NCBI RefSeq assembly: GCF_964204645.1
Contig: NC_134030.1
Location: forward strand, 8,289,122-8,353,121
Origin: Tubulanus polymorphus
Lineage: Eukaryota > Animalia > Nemertea
Length of the DNA stretch: 64,000 bases
Direction: 5' to 3'
The translations under genes and the position numbers were made by a program. Shown piece after piece: positions 61,213-64,000 of the stretch. The notes under the pieces are model-generated. The model saw only the letters and a list, made by a program, of their open reading frames with translations, made no database searches and was not told the DNA's origin. Position 1 is the first letter of the stretch; each line of letters starts with the position of its first letter.

Positions 61213-62649
61213 ATGACATCTCGCGGGAGACGTGTGGCTTTATGTAAAGATCTCTGCGACTGCCGGGAAGACTACCTGATTCTTGATGCAGTGGTATCTA
61301 TAATTTGAGATGACTCGAGCCGAAAAAGGGTTATGAACGATTACGCGCGGTTGTATTTATCGGGAATAAACTTTCTATTCTTTCGTAAAACTAGACTGAA
61401 ACATATCAGAGGCAAATTGAAAACCTTAAACTCAAAAATCCAGGGACGGGCTCAGGATAACCCTGTAGTTAGTGCTAACCGTGGTTAGGCATAAATGGGC
61501 ACAGGAAACCGCTGTTAGCTAACCTTGTCTTCGTGTGGCTTCTTATTTCAAGCTGGTTAGCCTAACCACAGATAAGCCACTAACCACGGCTAGGCTAACA
61601 GGGTTTGCCTGCGCCTGCCCCGAGCTTCCTCATTCAAATTGTTTTCAAGTGTTTTCAATGCTAATTATTAGTTGATTTGGACACGCTTGAGAACTACCTC
61701 AGCTGTGTAACTTCTAAGCTTTCTAATATTTTGGGTATAACTGAGAATTGTTGCTCTGAATTTTGGCATTTTCTTCAATCTCGAATACTCTTTGAAACGT
61801 CCTAAAACTCCACGATGATCAAGTTGTGTTAACCCTAAACATCTAGGTGCCTATCCTGATATTTAAGTTGAGAATCATAGTGTTTGTATGCCGGAATTTT
61901 AAGGGTATGACGTTGTGGCTGCTGAATTAGTGAGGCTTACAATCCCGCAAAGAATACAGAAACTAGCTTGATTTTGGTTTTGGTGTAGGGTAGTCATCTA
62001 TTTCTGGTAGGGCAGGCAGTGCAAATATTTTGTAAGGGGTGGTTCAATCCTCCCTAAAATAAATGGGAACTTAAGCTTAATTTTGGTGTAGGGTAGTCTT
62101 CTATTTCCGGACAGGGCAGTGCAAATATTTTGGAAGCGGTGGTTCAATCCCCCAAAAAATACAGAAACTTAAGCTTGATTTTGGTGTAGGGTAGTCTCTT
62201 CTATTTCTGGTAGGGACAGTGCAGATATTTCATAAAGGGTGGCTGATTTTCAGAATGAATGGAAGTAAAAATGAAATGGGTGGCCACCCCTCTAAAACCT
62301 GAACACTGAATCAGCTTTATGTCAAATTGCTGCTTAAATCTTAGGTTGATATTCAGTAGAATGTGTAGAAATACTTTTAATGATAGAGATAATTTATGAA
62401 ATATTGGATGACGTTAATTGTTCTCATTTCCCCGAAAGACCAGCTTGCCGTCTCGGCGCTTTTTTTAAAAATTGTCTCTATAATTTCTGTTGTATCTATT
62501 ATTTCCAGTTCAACTATAACCCAGGTGCGCAGCCATTTTTACCGCAATCGGCGTCTGCTATCGATAGCGGTATATCGGATTCAGATGAGACGCTCGCTGG
62601 ATTCAATAAATCACAGATCATGTTGAAAAATGCCACTAAAAACGGCCAG
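61213..62649 (+). CDS. Probable 5' exons of an unidentified gene continuing beyond this point (tentative exon 61213-61293; exon 62509-62649)
   Basis: 62509-62649 has a strong acceptor (TATTTCCAG) and donor (CAG|GTAAGA), an open frame FNYNPGAQPFLPQSASAIDSGISDSDE..., and the CpG-rich composition of exons here. The upstream ATG exon is phase-compatible but has a weak donor. Confidence 0.4.
61955..62245. repeat. Tandem repeat, ~3 copies of a ~95-110 bp unit
   Basis: TTTTGGTGTAGGGTAGTC..CTATTTC.GG.AGGG..AGTGCA.ATATTT recurs at about 61978, 62081 and 62178. Confidence 0.8.
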
Positions 62650-64000
62650 GTAAGAAACAGTTCGCAGTCCAGTTTCATGCTTTAAAAAACGAGCACATTT
62701 CAAATTGCTAATTCATTCGCAGTGCTAAACAGTATTGACACCGACCAACACGAGATTCTGATTGATTGAACATGAATTACGGTTACGTAACTCACCCAGA
62801 GCTGCCAACTGTTCCTGATTTTCAGTATTTGTTAACTCTTTTATAATAAGTAATACAGATTACATTTGTTTGATGCATACAGAAATATGAAAGACATTAC
62901 TGAGGGTCTTACTGTTGATTACTGATAAAATTGAACATTTTCTTTCATATTTCAATGACATGTTACTGCATATAATAGCACCTTTCAGTGGTTGGCACCT
63001 GGGACGGGTTACCGGTATACGAACTGACTGCCTTCGCGCTATCGCTAGTTAGTCCGTTCAAATTTGGCCGGTGCTGGAACAGATCAATTTTAGGATGGAC
63101 CGAATCGATGCTGCGTGTTAACACATTTTAAACTCAGTTGTTGTTTACTGGGCCAGCCCTATATGCAGCACTGTGATTGATAGGCAATTAAAGGAAGGTT
63201 TCTATTCACACACAGAAAATTGGTTGGTTCTGAAATTTAAGATGGACCTGGATTGGTCACTTAAGTTGGTTTAAGATAAATGGTCTTGTCTAGTAGACTA
63301 AATTCACTATGTATGCAGTGTGAATGTGACACTGTTAAACTAGAATTGAGTTCATAAGAATATATTATAACCCTACAACTTGGATTTCCCTTGTTTGCAT
63401 TCTGGAATTACTCGTCTTAATTCACAACTCAAAGCCAAAGTAATTTTGCCTCCTTACAAACTTGCTGAATTGCGTTCTATTTTCGCTTGAAACGTTTTTT
63501 TGTGATTTTTTACTATGGTAAGCGTCTAACTCAAGTTGCACTAAGTCTAAGATCCGATCCGATCATATGTGATTCAGTCAAGAATACTCATGTTAGGTCG
63601 CGATCGGGCCGATACTCATTGGTTGGATCGTAGCTATTCTCAGGTCACCTGAGATCCACGATCTTTTTGGAACCGAACGCTTAAATCACATGATTTATAG
63701 ATCGCTGTTCATTGGCTACGACCTTACAATCGGTCGTATTAAGTACACTCCGGTTGTATAAGATCCGGTTCCGGTTGTCGTAAAAGATAAAACACTTCCG
63801 ATCGGCTTGCGACCGGTCTGCGATCAGTCTTAATGATCTTCGGTACAATCACGTTGAAAAAATCCCCCGACTGAAAAATCGGCGTATCTGCTTGTCCTTG
63901 ATTCCTTTAATGTAGCCAATAAACAGCGAATTTCACGAAAGGTTAAATCAGATTGAATTCGACGAATTTGAAAGCTCTAAGCGTAGAATCAATCGGGAAA

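Overview
AT-rich, intron-rich eukaryotic DNA, most likely from a marine invertebrate (inferred from gene families and repeat types; the taxon cannot be fixed from sequence alone). Most of the supplied short ORFs are noise or exon fragments. By checking GT-AG junctions and codon phase by hand I reconstructed these spliced genes: a compact DLGAP/SAPAP (GKAP-domain) gene (+, 1240-12515); a highly divergent annexin with an MGC N-terminus (-, 18347-24139); a multi-pass membrane protein (-, 26789-29197); a secreted C-type lectin (-, 29786-31309; one junction unresolved); PRDM10 (+, 33219-42299); a six-exon orphan secreted coiled-coil protein (-, 45343-46317); a Ubc12/UBE2M-like E2 (-, 47031-48497); and a tentative partial gene near the right end. 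The standout is an apparently recent, near-intact ~7.2 kb tyrosine-recombinase (DIRS-order) retrotransposon at 48730-55893. It has 100% identical split direct repeats, a loxP-like 14-6-14 palindromic junction, a six-copy hairpin array in its leader, and an ALOG-domain recombinase. Its Gag, RT-RNaseH-MT and YR ORFs do not overlap, and each is opened by a phase-0 splice acceptor. This suggests that one 131-codon leader exon is alternatively spliced onto each of the three ORFs. Numerous MITE/fold-back remnants lie in introns and intergenic DNA.
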